Assembly: GCA_964016885.1 (NCBI GenBank)
Contig: OZ024741.1
Coordinates: forward strand, 33,480,001 to 33,544,000
DNA length: 64,000 bases
Direction of reading: 5' to 3'
Source of the DNA: Eledone cirrhosa
Taxonomy: Eukaryota
Below, piece after piece: positions 16,281 through 30,716 of the stretch. Position 1 is the stretch's first letter; each line of letters opens with the position of its first letter. Made by a program: the position numbers and the translations under genes. A model generated the notes under the pieces. That model was not told the origin of the DNA, did not search any database, and was given only the letters and a program-made list of their open reading frames with translations.

Positions 16281-16662
16281 AATAATTGTTTCTACTTTTG
16301 GCACAAGGCTAGCAATAACCCAGTGTATTACTGGTACTTTATTTTATCGACCCCGTAAGGATGAAAGGTAAAGTTAACCTCGGCGGGATTTGAACTCAGT
16401 CCGTAAAGGGACGTAACTGTGCTGCAAAGCATGGCGACCGACCCTCTACCGATACTGCCCATGATGAGAGTATGTAAATAATTGTTTCTACATTAGGCAC
16501 AAGGCCAGCAAATACCCAGTGCATTACTGGTACTTTATTTTATCGACCCCGTAAGGATGAAAGGCAAAGTCAACCTCGGCGGGATTTGAACTCAGATCGT
16601 AAAGGGACGTAACTCTGCTGGAAAGTACGGCGTCCGACCCTCTACCGATACTGCCAATCCAC
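16281..16662 (-). mobile_element. Tandem pair of tRNA-derived SINEs
   Basis: Two full copies (16281-16460, 16476-16662); GTAAATAAT at all three junctions. Confidence 0.93.
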
Positions 16663-17689
16663 GTAAATAATAGTGAAAGAACAGCTTACCAGAGATTTTC
16701 TCAACATAGTTAATGGAGTTGTGTAATATACATTTTCCAGATGCTAAATCTTCGAGTATGCTACATGGTTCCAAGTAATTTCATTTCGTATAAAATATTG
16801 TATTAGGAAAAGCCCAGCAAGGGGTAAGGAGAAATATGAAGAGAGATTTATTTGATTAAATAATTATTTAATTATTTAATCAGATTATAATCTAACACGA
16901 GTTTTATTACATAATCATCTACGAGAGCTGTATAGGAATATTTGTTCTGTTCACTCACTCGCATTATTTTCATATTTGACAAATCTTCAGAAATTAATGA
17001 ATTAATAAATATTTTTCAGTGTAGAAAGGGAACTCTATATATACAAATATTAACGATGCTTCAAAGTTATCACTAAGTGTCGTATTTATGTGTACATCAC
17101 TGTCTTTTTAAATACTAAAAGCCTTATGTAGTTATTTGGTATCGTTTTAGGGTAGAAATATCAACGTAAATTACAGATTACATTTTAGTTCCGATAGTGA
17201 GATTAACGAACGGTTGTTGTGCACCTCCCGCGGATCAAATATCACAGGAGCTTCACTTAAAAGCATCGGTTGTTCAGCTTCAAGGTCAAGCTCTCCAGTT
17301 TAAGAACACCTGCAACTGCCATTACTATTACCATTTTAGCCTGTCTCCGTATCTTATGTATCCTCAATAAACCATGCTATCAATATAACGAGGGGTGGCG
17401 TTAGACCTCTCTGTATTCAATCCTTTCTTTCTATTATTAATCTTACTACACTACATCTATATATGACCATCATGACGTCTATATATGGCATTGGATTTCT
17501 TTGTATCCACCGATACTTTACCATCACTATTTCTGTGTTGCCAACCACCATCCGTCTTCCCCTGGTCACTTGTTATTTTCGTCCATTACTCGCATATTTC
17601 TTATTGCCAATTTCTATTACCGCTCATCTATCCTCCCTCTCTTCAGCAAACATTTATCTGCCATTTTTACAACATACGTATCTTTCCCT

Positions 17690-17704
17690 ATCTATCTATT
17701 TATC

Positions 17705-17782
<78 letters not shown>
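17690..17782 (+). repeat. (TATC)n microsatellite
   Basis: Directly visible. Confidence 0.95.
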
Positions 17783-17783
<1 letters not shown>

Positions 17784-17794
17784 TTCTTTCTGTG

Positions 17795-18250
17795 TACATA
17801 CATGATGGCTGCAGACTTCGCTAAGACTATTGCGATCACTTGTAACAGATCCTGAACAAGCAATGCCTGTGCTTTGGAGGTTTTTTAAGTGAGGAAAGGC
17901 CTTGCACTCGACCAATCTCACTCTGAACATCGAAAACAATACCCGAAAAGGAGAATTAGCCAACATCATTGAATGCTTCCGAAGCCGTAGGTTTTTTTCC
18001 TAGCGTTTCCCTCTCCTAGAAAGGTGTTGTGACAACAACTGGGGGCCTTTCACTAAAAAAAGTACTATTTGGATGGCCGTTGACTCTGCTGAGTTTCTCC
18101 GTTCTTTGCCGGGTCTTGTATTTCATCCCGTAGGGTATCCAGATATAACCCTCCTCAACAAGCAAGGTTGGTGGGGTTGCCGGTTTAGTCGCCAATGACG
18201 CGACCATGAGACAGATTCTATTGGATTACATATTATCAGTAGCGACCTGA
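17795..18250 (-). mobile_element. Short non-coding retroelement, probably RTE-derived, between TACA repeats
   Basis: 3' end GCAATAGTCTTAGCGAAGTCTGCAGCCATCA-TGTATG resembles the RTE 3' end at 63694-63745 (GCAATGGCCATAC...ACAGCCATCA-TATATGTATG). Confidence 0.55.
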
Positions 18251-18404
18251 CATACATACATACATACTTACATACATACATTTTTTCTGACCCGTTACTC
18301 CTGCGGCTTTTCTTTAAACCTGGTGGAGCCCATCTTCTCTCCAGGTCTGAACACAACCGATTTCTTCCAGAGAAGGATGACGAGTGATATATATAAATGT
18401 AGAT

Positions 18405-18514
18405 GAAAGACAATGTTTACCTCGGTGGGATTCGAACTCAGAGGGCAGAGAACCGAAAAGAATACTGCAAAGCATTCTATCCGATGTTCTAACAACTCTG
18501 CCAATTTGCCACCG

Positions 18515-18515
<1 letters not shown>
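18405..18515 (-). mobile_element. Older, diverged relative of the tRNA-derived SINE (5' part)
   Basis: Minus strand TGGCAGAGTTG (A box) and GAGTTCGAATCC (B box). Confidence 0.7.
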
Positions 18516-18571
<56 letters not shown>

Positions 18572-18730
18572 GATATATACGTATATACATTCATACATAC
18601 ACACACACACACGCATATATATATTTGTATGTATATATATATATAATCTTTATCAAGCCCTCTTCGGATTTTAGTCTTCACACTTATTATTACTTACTGT
18701 GGTTACCCCCGATTGAACCCGCGATTCGCG

Positions 18731-18775
<45 letters not shown>

Positions 18776-19727
18776 GTGTGTGTATGTGTGTGTGTGTAAG
18801 TATGTATGTATGTATGTATACACACAAGCGCACATACACAGACACACATACACACATATATATGTAGCATTCTATGGGATAGCCTTATCTCGTTAGCTAC
18901 TGCAATATTTATCTTCAATCTATACCAACTCAGTTTTGGGTCTTTAACAGAAACACTATGACCCGTGATCCACTTCTTGCTCCTTCCTTATCATTTCCCC
19001 CTTTATTTCCCCCTTAAGTCGTATGTAGTCTTTCCTCCACCAATTGGATGTCATCATTAAACAAGAATGTGACTGAAATAACAACAACAACAAACACAAA
19101 CAATAACAATAACAATTACAACAATAAACATATGCTCCAGTACTAAAATAGCCTGGAATAAATGAATGAATTGTTCTTAAATATAGAGAATAATTATTCG
19201 TTTGTACTCACAATGCTTGGCTCTTTGTTTGGTTAGTCAGTCTGGCCTCTTTTCATATATTAAACCATAACGCACTAAAATATTGTTTCTTTTCTTCTTT
19301 GTCATCCTTCATATTCAACATATTTAAACACAAAGAAATTAGCCACGCTGGTTTATGTTTCGCCCCTTTTTCTGCTTTGTTCTGTAAAGTTTTGTTAAGA
19401 GATGAATAGGAGCGCACCCATAAGTTTTGCATGGCCTGCGAAGTTTTTTTTTTCCTTTCTTTTTTTGGTGCCTTCTTTTAGTATTCGGTCAGGGAAGGAG
19501 GGAAACGCAGTGTCTTTTAAAGAGGATCCTTTGTTCTTTTAAGAGCCTCCGATATTGGTTGGAACAAAGTGAAGGGTTCCTAAATCTGAAGATCAGGTCT
19601 TAATGCTTGCAATGAAGTAGACTCCGCTAAAGCTAGCTAATATGACAGTAATATTAAACCGGACAACGAATTAAGTTTAGTCTGTCACCAAAGTGATTTG
19701 GACTCAGAACGTGGATAACCAGTATAA

Positions 19728-19918
19728 ATAATTGTTTCTAATTTTGGCACAAGGCCAGCAATTATCCCAGTGCATTTAGGTACTTTATTTTATCGATCCC
19801 GTAAGGGAGAAGGGCAAAGTTAACCTCGGCGGGATTTGAACTCAGATCATAAAGGGAGGTAACTCTATGCTTCAAAGCATGGTGTCCGACCCTCTACGGA
19901 TACTGCCAATCCACCGCC
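19728..19918 (-). mobile_element. tRNA-derived SINE with 12 bp TSD, nested among older SINE relics (19680-20120)
   Basis: TSD CCAGTATAAATA at 19719-19730 and 19918-19929. Confidence 0.93.
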
Positions 19919-20504
19919 CAGTATAAATACAAGGCGTCTCGTCCGACGACGCTCCCAAAATACTGCCAATCGATCATCTTGGGCTTGTACTTCCTTTTAA
20001 CGACCCTAAATCGATGAAAACCAAAGCTGACATCGACAGGGTTTACATCTAGAGCATAGAAAACAGGAACAAATACCGTAAGGCCTTTTTCCTATGCTCT
20101 AACGATTTTTCTAATTCGCCAGTGGGACATCAGGCTTTATGGGTTCTATTCTACGAATAGAGATCTGTCCCAAATGTTTATAACATAGTGGGCTCTGTTA
20201 AAGAGGCCTAATGGGTCAGTTTGTGTTGTTAAACCGGGTGACATATTAAGTCTACCAACGAAGAACAAACATGGTTCCTCCATTAGACTTCCTCACTGTT
20301 TCCGTCTAAAAACTTTTACCCACAAGACGTCATTGAAGCTGAAATTGCGGTCAGCGTCATCTGTCTAAGATGTCATCTGGTAGAATAAGATCGGTGCTGA
20401 ACCGTCAAGGTTGTGAGGTGAACGTTGTTATACATATAGCTAACGTCTACACCAATCATATGCAATAATATACGAACTGTTTTATTCTTTTATTCTTTTA
20501 TTCT

Positions 20505-20585
<81 letters not shown>

Positions 20586-20592
20586 ATATATA

Positions 20593-21569
<977 letters not shown>

Positions 21570-21599
21570 TCCCCTCAATCTATCTTATTTCTCATTCCT

Positions 21600-21635
21600 T
21601 CTTCTGATGAAGGACTAGCGTCCGAAACGTTAAGA
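21600..21635 (+). ncRNA. Minimal type I hammerhead ribozyme (PLE-type)
   Basis: UCUU-CUGAUGA-A-GGAC uagc GUCC-GAA-ACGU-U-AAGA. Confidence 0.8.
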
Positions 21636-21715
21636 CCTTCTTCCTGCTATATCAAGTGTTAACCTAATATATCCCTTCCATATACTATACCGATTGTGTT
21701 GTTATTTCTGTTTAC

Positions 21716-21757
<42 letters not shown>

Positions 21758-21789
21758 AAATGGGAAGTAAGGTTATAAACAAAACTGGT

Positions 21790-22092
21790 TAGAGAGAGAT
21801 GGTGAAATTGGAAAGAGCTCTAAAAATATATTTAAGGGTCTGTTTTCCTTTTTTTTCATTTTCTTCTTCCTTTCTTTGATTCGTCAAAGTGGCATTATTG
21901 AAAAAATGAGAAAGTATACTTAATATACTTTATATACATTATAACACTCTTTTTTTAAAAGAATTATCCTTCTCATTTTTTCACTAATGCCACTTTGACG
22001 AATCAAAGAAAGGAAGAAAAAAAAGAAAAAAAGGAAAAACAGACCCTTAAATATATTTTCACTGCTATTTCCAATTTCACCTTCTCTCTCTC
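21790..22092. repeat. Fold-back element with ~120 bp inverted arms between (TA)n tracts
   Basis: GGTGAAATTGGAAA...AAGGGTCTGTTTTCC...GTCAAAGTGGCATTA is mirrored on the right. Confidence 0.8.
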
Positions 22093-22100
22093 TCCTCTCT

Positions 22101-22160
<60 letters not shown>

Positions 22161-22212
22161 AATTGGGTCTTCTTCTTCTTCTTCTTCTTCTTCTTCTTCT
22201 TCTTCTTCTTCC

Positions 22213-22500
22213 CGAGAAGGTCTTGGGGACAGAGTCCTCAAACACTTTCTAGCGGATCTTGTCAGAAGCAACCATTTCCAACAGATCCAGCTGGATCCCC
22301 AAGCAGGACCAGATGAACCCTTGAAAGTTATCCAACCCTCTTACTCGGGCTCTACCCCTGGGTCTCCTCTTGGCTGGTTTTGCCCGTAAAATCTGTCCAG
22401 CGATTCTTTCTTTAGACATTCTAATCACATGCCCATAGTATCGGAGCTGTGATCTCTCTATTCGGAGAAGCAGCGGCCTTATCTGGAGTGACTCTTTCAT
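22213..22500 (-). mobile_element. RTE LINE 3' fragment with (GAA)n tail (22168-22212)
   Basis: IERSQLRYYGHVIRMSKERIAGQIL...RRPRGRAR is a typical RTE C-terminus. Confidence 0.85.
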
Positions 22501-22590
22501 CTAGAATCGGGTCTAATGTTTAATTAGCTTATCCAATTATCTAACAGAATGGATTACATTGATTTTTATCGAAATATCGAAAATAATGAT

Positions 22591-22793
22591 GTTGCCAGGT
22601 ATCGAAGTCGTTTGCTGGGGCCACATTATTTCTTTAAAGGTGTTAATATAGCCAAAGAGGTTGCCAGGTATGGAAGTCGTGGCTGGGGCCACATTATTTC
22701 TTTAAAGGTGTTAATATAGACAAAGAGGTTGCCAGGTATGGAAGTCGTGGCTGGGGCCACATTATTTCTTTAAAGGTGTTAATATAGCCAAAG
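22591..22793 (+). repeat. Tandem repeat, about 68 bp x3
   Basis: GTTGCCAGGTATGGAAGTCGTGGCTGGGGCCACATTATTTCTTTAAAGGTGTTAATATAG units. Confidence 0.95.
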
Positions 22794-23136
22794 ATACGGG
22801 ATGTTGTTATTGCTTTATTTATAATTGTCGATGTTTGGCTCCAGTTCGGCCTGATTTGCATATCAGCAGACCGATCAGTCACTGTATATTCCACAAAATA
22901 TCGTATATTTTCACTAGCTCTGACAGCTGGCAGGTAAGCAGTATATGCTACTAATGAAGGGTAATCACCCAGAAACATTAGTGTCTGCCGTTCTGTTTAT
23001 ATGCCAACAGAAGAGCAAGAATGACGAGGTTGTTCTACTCACAGGACTATCGAATATTATTAATATTCGAAAAATTCAGATTTACATTTCTTGTATTCAG
23101 CCATGTAGAGCGATAAAAGTATTTATTATATAAATA

Positions 23137-23205
<69 letters not shown>

Positions 23206-23415
23206 AAGAAGTGTAAGTCAGCAGGTTAAAATTAATTTCGTTTATTCATATTCGCTGTTATATATATTTCAGTGATACCATTATGCAGCAACTATGACCT
23301 GTTCAAACTTTGAACAGAAAAAAAACAAAACTTTACGATGGAATAAAACATACTTCTGTTATTTCGATTTTTTTATCTACTCAGTGCTGAAGTTTGGTGT
23401 TGTTTTCTCAAAGCA

Positions 23416-23488
23416 CTTGTTGCATATATGTAACTTGTTGCATATATGTAACTTGTTGCATATATGTAACTTGTTGCATATATGTAAC
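23416..23488 (+). repeat. 18 bp tandem repeat x4
   Basis: CTTGTTGCATATATGTAA. Confidence 0.95.
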
Positions 23489-24187
23489 CACTCATTTCAC
23501 TGTTCAGATATTGTACCTATATCTGGTCATGCTTATATTGTTGTGTGTCATAATAGCAACACTAACAGAACGGTCTTAATTTTTCAGTTTTTTTAGCAGT
23601 ACGTCAACGAGATATTCTTTCAAATGTTATCATCATCATCGGTATTTCTCGAGGTCGAGAATTTCATTCCATTGCATTTATATATTCTAATATGGCTGCT
23701 GTATAAGTCTATTATTTACCGCAAAGAACGCTGACATCAAAGACATGGAAATTAGAGGGCAGCTGCTCACAAATACATCTCAAATTCCGTATCTGGCGTC
23801 ATAAAGGCGTGCTGTTCAAAATAGCGGGACAATTCTTCAGCTTCTATGGCAACGAATCCCGGGTTACACGGAGGGCTATTTCAGGAAGAGAATATTAAAG
23901 ACATATTATTTCCTCAAAAAGAATCTTAACTACTATGTTGAGCTATGTAAATAGAAATACATGGTTATCTTACAGCTATTGCGTGCAACCATGGCTATAT
24001 AGTGACATTTTCATCTTTATCTATATTTTCTTACAATTAGATTTATTTTCTTATTTTTAAAGATCAGATAGCCTGAGTGTAAATTGAAAGTATAACTAAT
24101 TTTATAATTACAATAATTTAAGATGAAATTAAAGTGAAGGAAACAAAACTAATCTTGCAAGAGACGTTGTTTTAATAAATTACACAT

Positions 24188-24219
<32 letters not shown>

Positions 24220-24361
24220 GTGTATGTGTGGTAGTGTGGGGGGGGGGCATCAATGTGTATCATATATATGTATGTATATATATATATGTATATGTATGTG
24301 TATATATAGATATATATTACGTATGTATATACATATGTATATATATGTGTGCGTGCGCGTG

Positions 24362-24425
<64 letters not shown>

Positions 24426-24450
24426 CTTTAAATATTTTTTACGAAAGGAA

Positions 24451-24607
24451 TTGCATGTTACGGGATAATTTCCAACTCTAGAATCTTCAGGATACTTGCC
24501 ATCCTTTCACATTTAGTATTTTTATCCAAAATGGAGTTGTGGTAAATTTGAAAGGATGGCAAGCGACTCGAAGATTCTTGATTTGCAAATTACCTTCTAG
24601 CATGCAA
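24451..24607. mobile_element. Diverged MITE-like fold-back with ~65 bp TIRs
   Basis: TTGCATG...AGAATCTTC...CTTGCCATCCTTTCA vs TGAAAGGATGGCAAG...GAAGATTCT...CATGCAA. Confidence 0.7.
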
Positions 24608-25175
24608 CTCACATGTGGGAGACTTTTAAGGTTGATGTTGCTTATCTAAATCACTTACACACACACACACACATTCACATAATACCCATTTATACACACA
24701 CACACACACACACACGCACACACATTCACATACATACTCATTTATACACACACACACATTCACATACATACACATTCATACACGCACAGAGACTCACTCA
24801 AGACACAACACGGTATATATATATATATATATATATATATTCATATCTACGTATTCTGATTTGTTGATCATAGGTGAATAATGTATTGGAGATCGAATAA
24901 CGCAACATCAAGCGATTAGCGAACTCTAGACCCACATGATCAACGAAACAATTGTCAGTACTTTAAATAAAGCCCTTATTGTACAGCCAACCATGCTAAT
25001 CTTCATTCTTTAACTATTATTACTCCAAGTATAACCTGCATAAAAATTACCGTGCACTCGCTGAATAACTATGGAAGCGTCTTTTTGAGTGAAAAAAAGT
25101 CGTACGTTAAAACTATCCCCTACGCAGAACACTCACAACCTCTAACTGGATTACTTATAACGATAACTTGTTATC

Positions 25176-25421
<246 letters not shown>

Positions 25422-25642
25422 GCATACATATATACATATATATATATATATAGGAAAAAGTATGACCCCGACGCCAGAGCTCAAGCCGTTTCGACGGCTA
25501 TTTCTGGACAGAAATAGCCGTCGAAACGGCTTGAGCTCTGCCGTCGGGGTCATACTTTTTCCTATTACCCACTCTACTACCCTTAGTATTGAGTACTCTG
25601 GTGCGTTATGGTCCATCTGGTTCCTTACCACAATTCCTTCGG

Positions 25643-25746
<104 letters not shown>

Positions 25747-25823
25747 AATAATACAAAGAACATTTACATAAAACGTTATTAGTTTCACGTTTGTATGAAA
25801 AAGAAAGAAGAGGGCTTGATAAG

Positions 25824-25880
<57 letters not shown>

Positions 25881-26576
25881 TAAATAATCGAGAATCAGAA
25901 TTTCGGCCCACGAAATAATGATAAATAATCTTCGACATGTGTGGCAGAGGGCTCAATAGTTTGGATGAACCAGAGCTATAACTATCGTTAAAATACCAAC
26001 ACATAGAGACGATGCCTAGAATCATTTGCACAGCCGAAAAAAACGACCAGGAAAATTCGGGTCACTCAAATAATAAAATAAATAAATTAATAAATTAAAT
26101 GAATGTAAAAACTCACCCGGACCCGCTAGAAGGATGTTAAATTCTAGCTTTTGGGGTTTCTGCAGTTCCTTAATCAATTACTGTCAGCCCACATAAAAAA
26201 TATATCTGACTTCTAGTAAAGAGATGAACGTGGAAAACTGCTTTCTCAACGGATGTTTCGTTCAAAAATACAGGGGGACCTGTTACTGGACGCACGTGTA
26301 GTCCAGTAAGGGAGGGAACCCCTATATATGGCGAAAGAATTCAGTAAGTGTAAATTTTGTAAGAATACAAAAAATCACATATCGAATAAGAGTTCTCAAA
26401 AGACGTGTTAAAATAAACAAGAGCTATTCATCAGTCAATAAGATCAGCTAAAAAATCAATAAAATTAACTGGTCAATAGCTAAAGTCTGGAGATTAATAC
26501 AAGTAAATTATCGAGAATCAGAATCTCGGCCCATATATATATATATAACCACAAACCCATCTCAATTCTACTTCTA

Positions 26577-26613
26577 CTTTTGAAAAGCATAAGAACTGTG
26601 AAACTGGTAAAGG
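26577..26613 (+). ncRNA. Second copy of the U3-A8 hammerhead family (more diverged)
   Basis: CUU-UUGAAAA-GCAU aagaa CUGU-GAAACUGGU-A-AAGG; flanks are homologous to 5490-5600 reversed. Confidence 0.6.
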
Positions 26614-26664
26614 AAACAAATAAATATTCTTAAAAAGACTCCAGTTGCATTTTCCATTTCTTTT

Positions 26665-26705
<41 letters not shown>

Positions 26706-26907
26706 AACGAGTAGGACCCCGATGGCTGAGCTCAAGCCGTTTCGACGGCTAATTCTGGACTCAGAATTCAGTCCAGAATTAGCTGTCGAAACGGCTTGAG
26801 CTCAGCCGTCGGGGGTCCTACTCGTTCCTATTACCCACTCTACTACACTAAGTATTGAGTACTTTGGTGCGTTATGGTCCACCTGGTTCCTTACCACATT
26901 TCCTTCG

Positions 26908-27009
<102 letters not shown>

Positions 27010-27252
27010 GCTTAGTACTCTCGATGGCATACACAATACTGCCGTAAGGATTAATATTTACTTTGTTATGACCAAGTTCGTGTCTTGTTAATCTGGAGTT
27101 GCTTACATTTTCATCATATATATGTATATATATATATAACGTACACGTAAGTGTGTATTTGTGTGGGTGTGTGTCTGTGTGTTAGTGTATGTGTGTTTGT
27201 ATATAGGGTTATTCTTTTGTATCTCCAAGTAATTTTTCTTGTTACACATACC

Positions 27253-27291
<39 letters not shown>

Positions 27292-27711
27292 TATATATAC
27301 ACACACACACAACTACTCATGTCCGACAGTTCAACCGTATGTATACATGTTCCATAGACTACACGTATACATACATGTTCCATACACTACACGTATATAT
27401 ATACATGATCCATACACTACACGTATGTATACATGTTTGATAGACCACACGCTTGTAAAGTTAATTAAGTCATTGGTAATTAAAAATATAAACCAGCATG
27501 TCTTTTCTTGATTGTTGCAATTCACTACAGTCACAATACAAAGCTAAACTTTACTTCAGTGGCTCAGATATATACAACAGGCCACCATTATTACATATGA
27601 TCAAACAGAATCTCACATACATGACACCACGTCCTCATTCAAACAAATGCAACCAATCCTGTGGCTATATTTTATTCAGCACATCTGCAGAAACAAAAGT
27701 CACGCAATAAC

Positions 27712-27814
<103 letters not shown>

Positions 27815-27921
27815 CATACATACATACATATACATACATACGTATATATATGTGTGTGTATCTCACTCGCTATATATATACACATGTACATATATATAAA
27901 TTTCTTTATTTACCACAAGGG

Positions 27922-27999
<78 letters not shown>

Positions 28000-28264
28000 T
28001 ACATATAGACACACATATATATACATACATGCATACATATATTCAAGTATAAATATATGTTCTTATACATACAGTCATGTGTACGCAGCCTTCAAATGTA
28101 GATTCTCAAGTATATGTCAAACAATGTATGTGTATTGATGATTTCAAACTACAAGAAAGTTCTAGCCATGCAGAAGTCACTTCTATCTGAAATAAATTAT
28201 TTTTACACACAGACACACACACATGCACACGCACACACGCACACACACACACACACACACGCAC

Positions 28265-28323
<59 letters not shown>

Positions 28324-28850
28324 ACGTATATCTATATTCAAAACAGTGTAAACTTTCCTTTCGGCTGGCTGGCCAGCTAAATCCTTTAAATGTTATCCTC
28401 ATAAAATTCCAAAGTTTAGAAATGTTAAAACACTTAGAGAATTTACAAAACTAATAAATATAAATAACCAGCAATTTTTTTTTAAAAACCCTAAAATCTT
28501 GATTCTTCACCCTAAAACACCATAAATTAAATATTTTCAAACTTAACCGTTAAACTTTCGGAAAATCTCCTTCTCCATATATTACCACTTATCTTCCCTC
28601 TCTATATATCCTATCCCAGCGGCTCTCATTGACTGTTTTCCCAGATAAATTGTAGTATCATACATTTTAAAATCTCTATAACTATTACATTAAGCAACGT
28701 TTTTCTTACTCACACATTCTCTATTGAATTTATTACGTTTTCGCATTTTCTCATTATTAGGGTATAAATGTTAAACTTTCTCTTAGGTTAATCACTACCT
28801 TGATTAAATCTTAACCATTTAACATCTCAGGGTATGTCATGTATCATTAT

Positions 28851-28903
28851 ATTTTGTCTGAGAAGGACGTACTGTTGTACATCCGAAATATGTATAATAA
28901 AAT
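28851..28903 (+). ncRNA. Hammerhead with damaged core (CUGAGAA)
   Basis: AUUUUGU-CUGAGAA-GGACGUAC uguu GUACAUCC-GAA-AUAUGUAU-A-AUAAAAU. Confidence 0.6.
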
Positions 28904-28948
28904 GTAATTGATCAAAAGAACATCTATGTTATTAATATTTGTATTTTA

Positions 28949-29059
<111 letters not shown>

Positions 29060-29119
29060 AGGAGTCATCAGAACCCCGACGGCAGAGCTCAAGCGGTTTC
29101 GACAGCTGTTTCTGAACTG

Positions 29120-29311
29120 ATTCGGGTTGAATCGGAGGTCACCACAGTAAGTAAGGTACTGAATACATAGCAGACTATAAAGTTTTAATATAGAAGAGCT
29201 TCTACAGGACTAGAACCGTTTCATTCGTGAGAAATCATCAGAGAGCAGCTCCCTGATCATTTCTCACGAATGAAATAGTTCTAGTCCTGTAGAAGCTCTT
29301 CTATATTAAAA

Positions 29312-29315
<4 letters not shown>
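29120..29315 (-). mobile_element. Palindromic PLE-terminus element, family B (copies also at 34810-34980, 57845-58040, 60845-60910; tail only at 18690-18730)
   Basis: Arms AGAAGAGCTTCTACAGGACTAG..GTTTCATTC..TCATCAG mirrored. Minus core CUGAUGA-UUUCUCACGAAU-GAAAC. One-sided tail GTATT(G/C)AGTACCTTACTTACTGTGG. Confidence 0.75.
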
Positions 29316-29400
<85 letters not shown>

Positions 29401-29440
29401 GATATTAAACAAATGGAAACTATATTTATAAAACCATATT

Positions 29441-29506
29441 TATTTCGTTATATATATTTCTGGGATATCATATTAAAAATATGGTATGCCTTCCTCAGAC
29501 AAAATA
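29441..29506 (-). ncRNA. Type I hammerhead in the PLE 3' pLTR (mirror copy 32972-33037 plus)
   Basis: UAUUUUGU-CUGAGGA-A-GGCAUACCAUAUU uuu AAUAUGAUAUCC-CA-GAA-AUAUAUAU-A-ACGAAAUA. Confidence 0.75.
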
Positions 29507-30716
29507 CAATACATAAGCTGTTTTATAAATAATTAGTGACATACCTTGTAATAATGCAACTTCCTTTTAAAAAGTTGATTTGGTAGTGAAACTGTTATGA
29601 CAGTTATATAGAAAGAAAAACGAAGATGAGAAGAAGAAGATGAAGAGATGTATGTAAATAAAAAAAGAAGAAGATGAAGAGATGTATGTAAAGAAAAACA
29701 ACGGAGCGAGATAGAGAGACAAGGAGAGAGAGAAATACATTGAGGAGGTGAAAAACATAGTAGGCTGCTTTTTGACAGATGATCATCGTATATGTGAGAG
29801 GTTAAGGGAAGGGATACAGTTAAACTAGTGTATAGGAGAAAAAGAAAGAAAGATGATATATTTAAAATATATTAAAAATATATTATGTCTCATCCATTTG
29901 AATTATCAATTTTTATGAATTAGGTATTATAATGCAAATATCAGTATTCATGAATGAGACACATATCCATAATGTGTGAAAAAAATGACCACATTCTCAG
30001 TTTAAAAATTCTTAGGTCTATAAGCAAAATCTGAGATAAAACTTCAAACATAAGTATATATGCATTCTCGTGAAAAAAGAGAAAAGAGAAGGTTATCTCA
30101 AAATCAAGTTGATAAATATAGACGCACATGTGAACCTACGTGATACGCTGCACTGATTCTTATATTTCATGAAAAACTTCAATGCGTTAGAAAAGATTCC
30201 ACCCTACATACATTTACATACATATATACATATATATAGACACAAAACATATAAGATATACATTAACATCTAAAATAACATTCCAGCCTCACTTGCATGA
30301 TCATCGATCAAGCATAGAGTAGACAACAGATATCAATATTAAAATTAAAAACGCCAAGAATATCTTCGTCACTCCACAGAGTATCTAGGGACGCAAGAGA
30401 ACATAGTATGCCACGCATATCGGTCATAGAATCAGAGTCAAAAGCAAACAAAACCAAAATTGTTCACCAAGCCTTATTTAGCAGAAATCATTCAAAACTT
30501 ATTCTACAAATGCTCTTATATTTATTATAGAAGTTTATCTAGCTTAAAAAATGTATTCAAAAGATTGGGAACAACGCCAATTTTAGGGTAGTTTACTTAA
30601 TCTCATTAATTATATATTCAAGCAGAAAGGTTTTAAAAAAATTGAAGGAATCGAAAGATTTATCGCCAAGTATCACAAATAGTCAAATACCTTAAGTAAA
30701 TATACTACATTTTATA

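Noticed and set aside
16476-16662. tRNA gene
   Set aside because: A and B boxes belong to a multi-copy SINE head with TSDs; no cloverleaf.
21985-22025. Hammerhead in the 21790-22092 palindrome (TTGACGA...GAAA)
   Set aside because: No stem II or III pairing and no compensated core.
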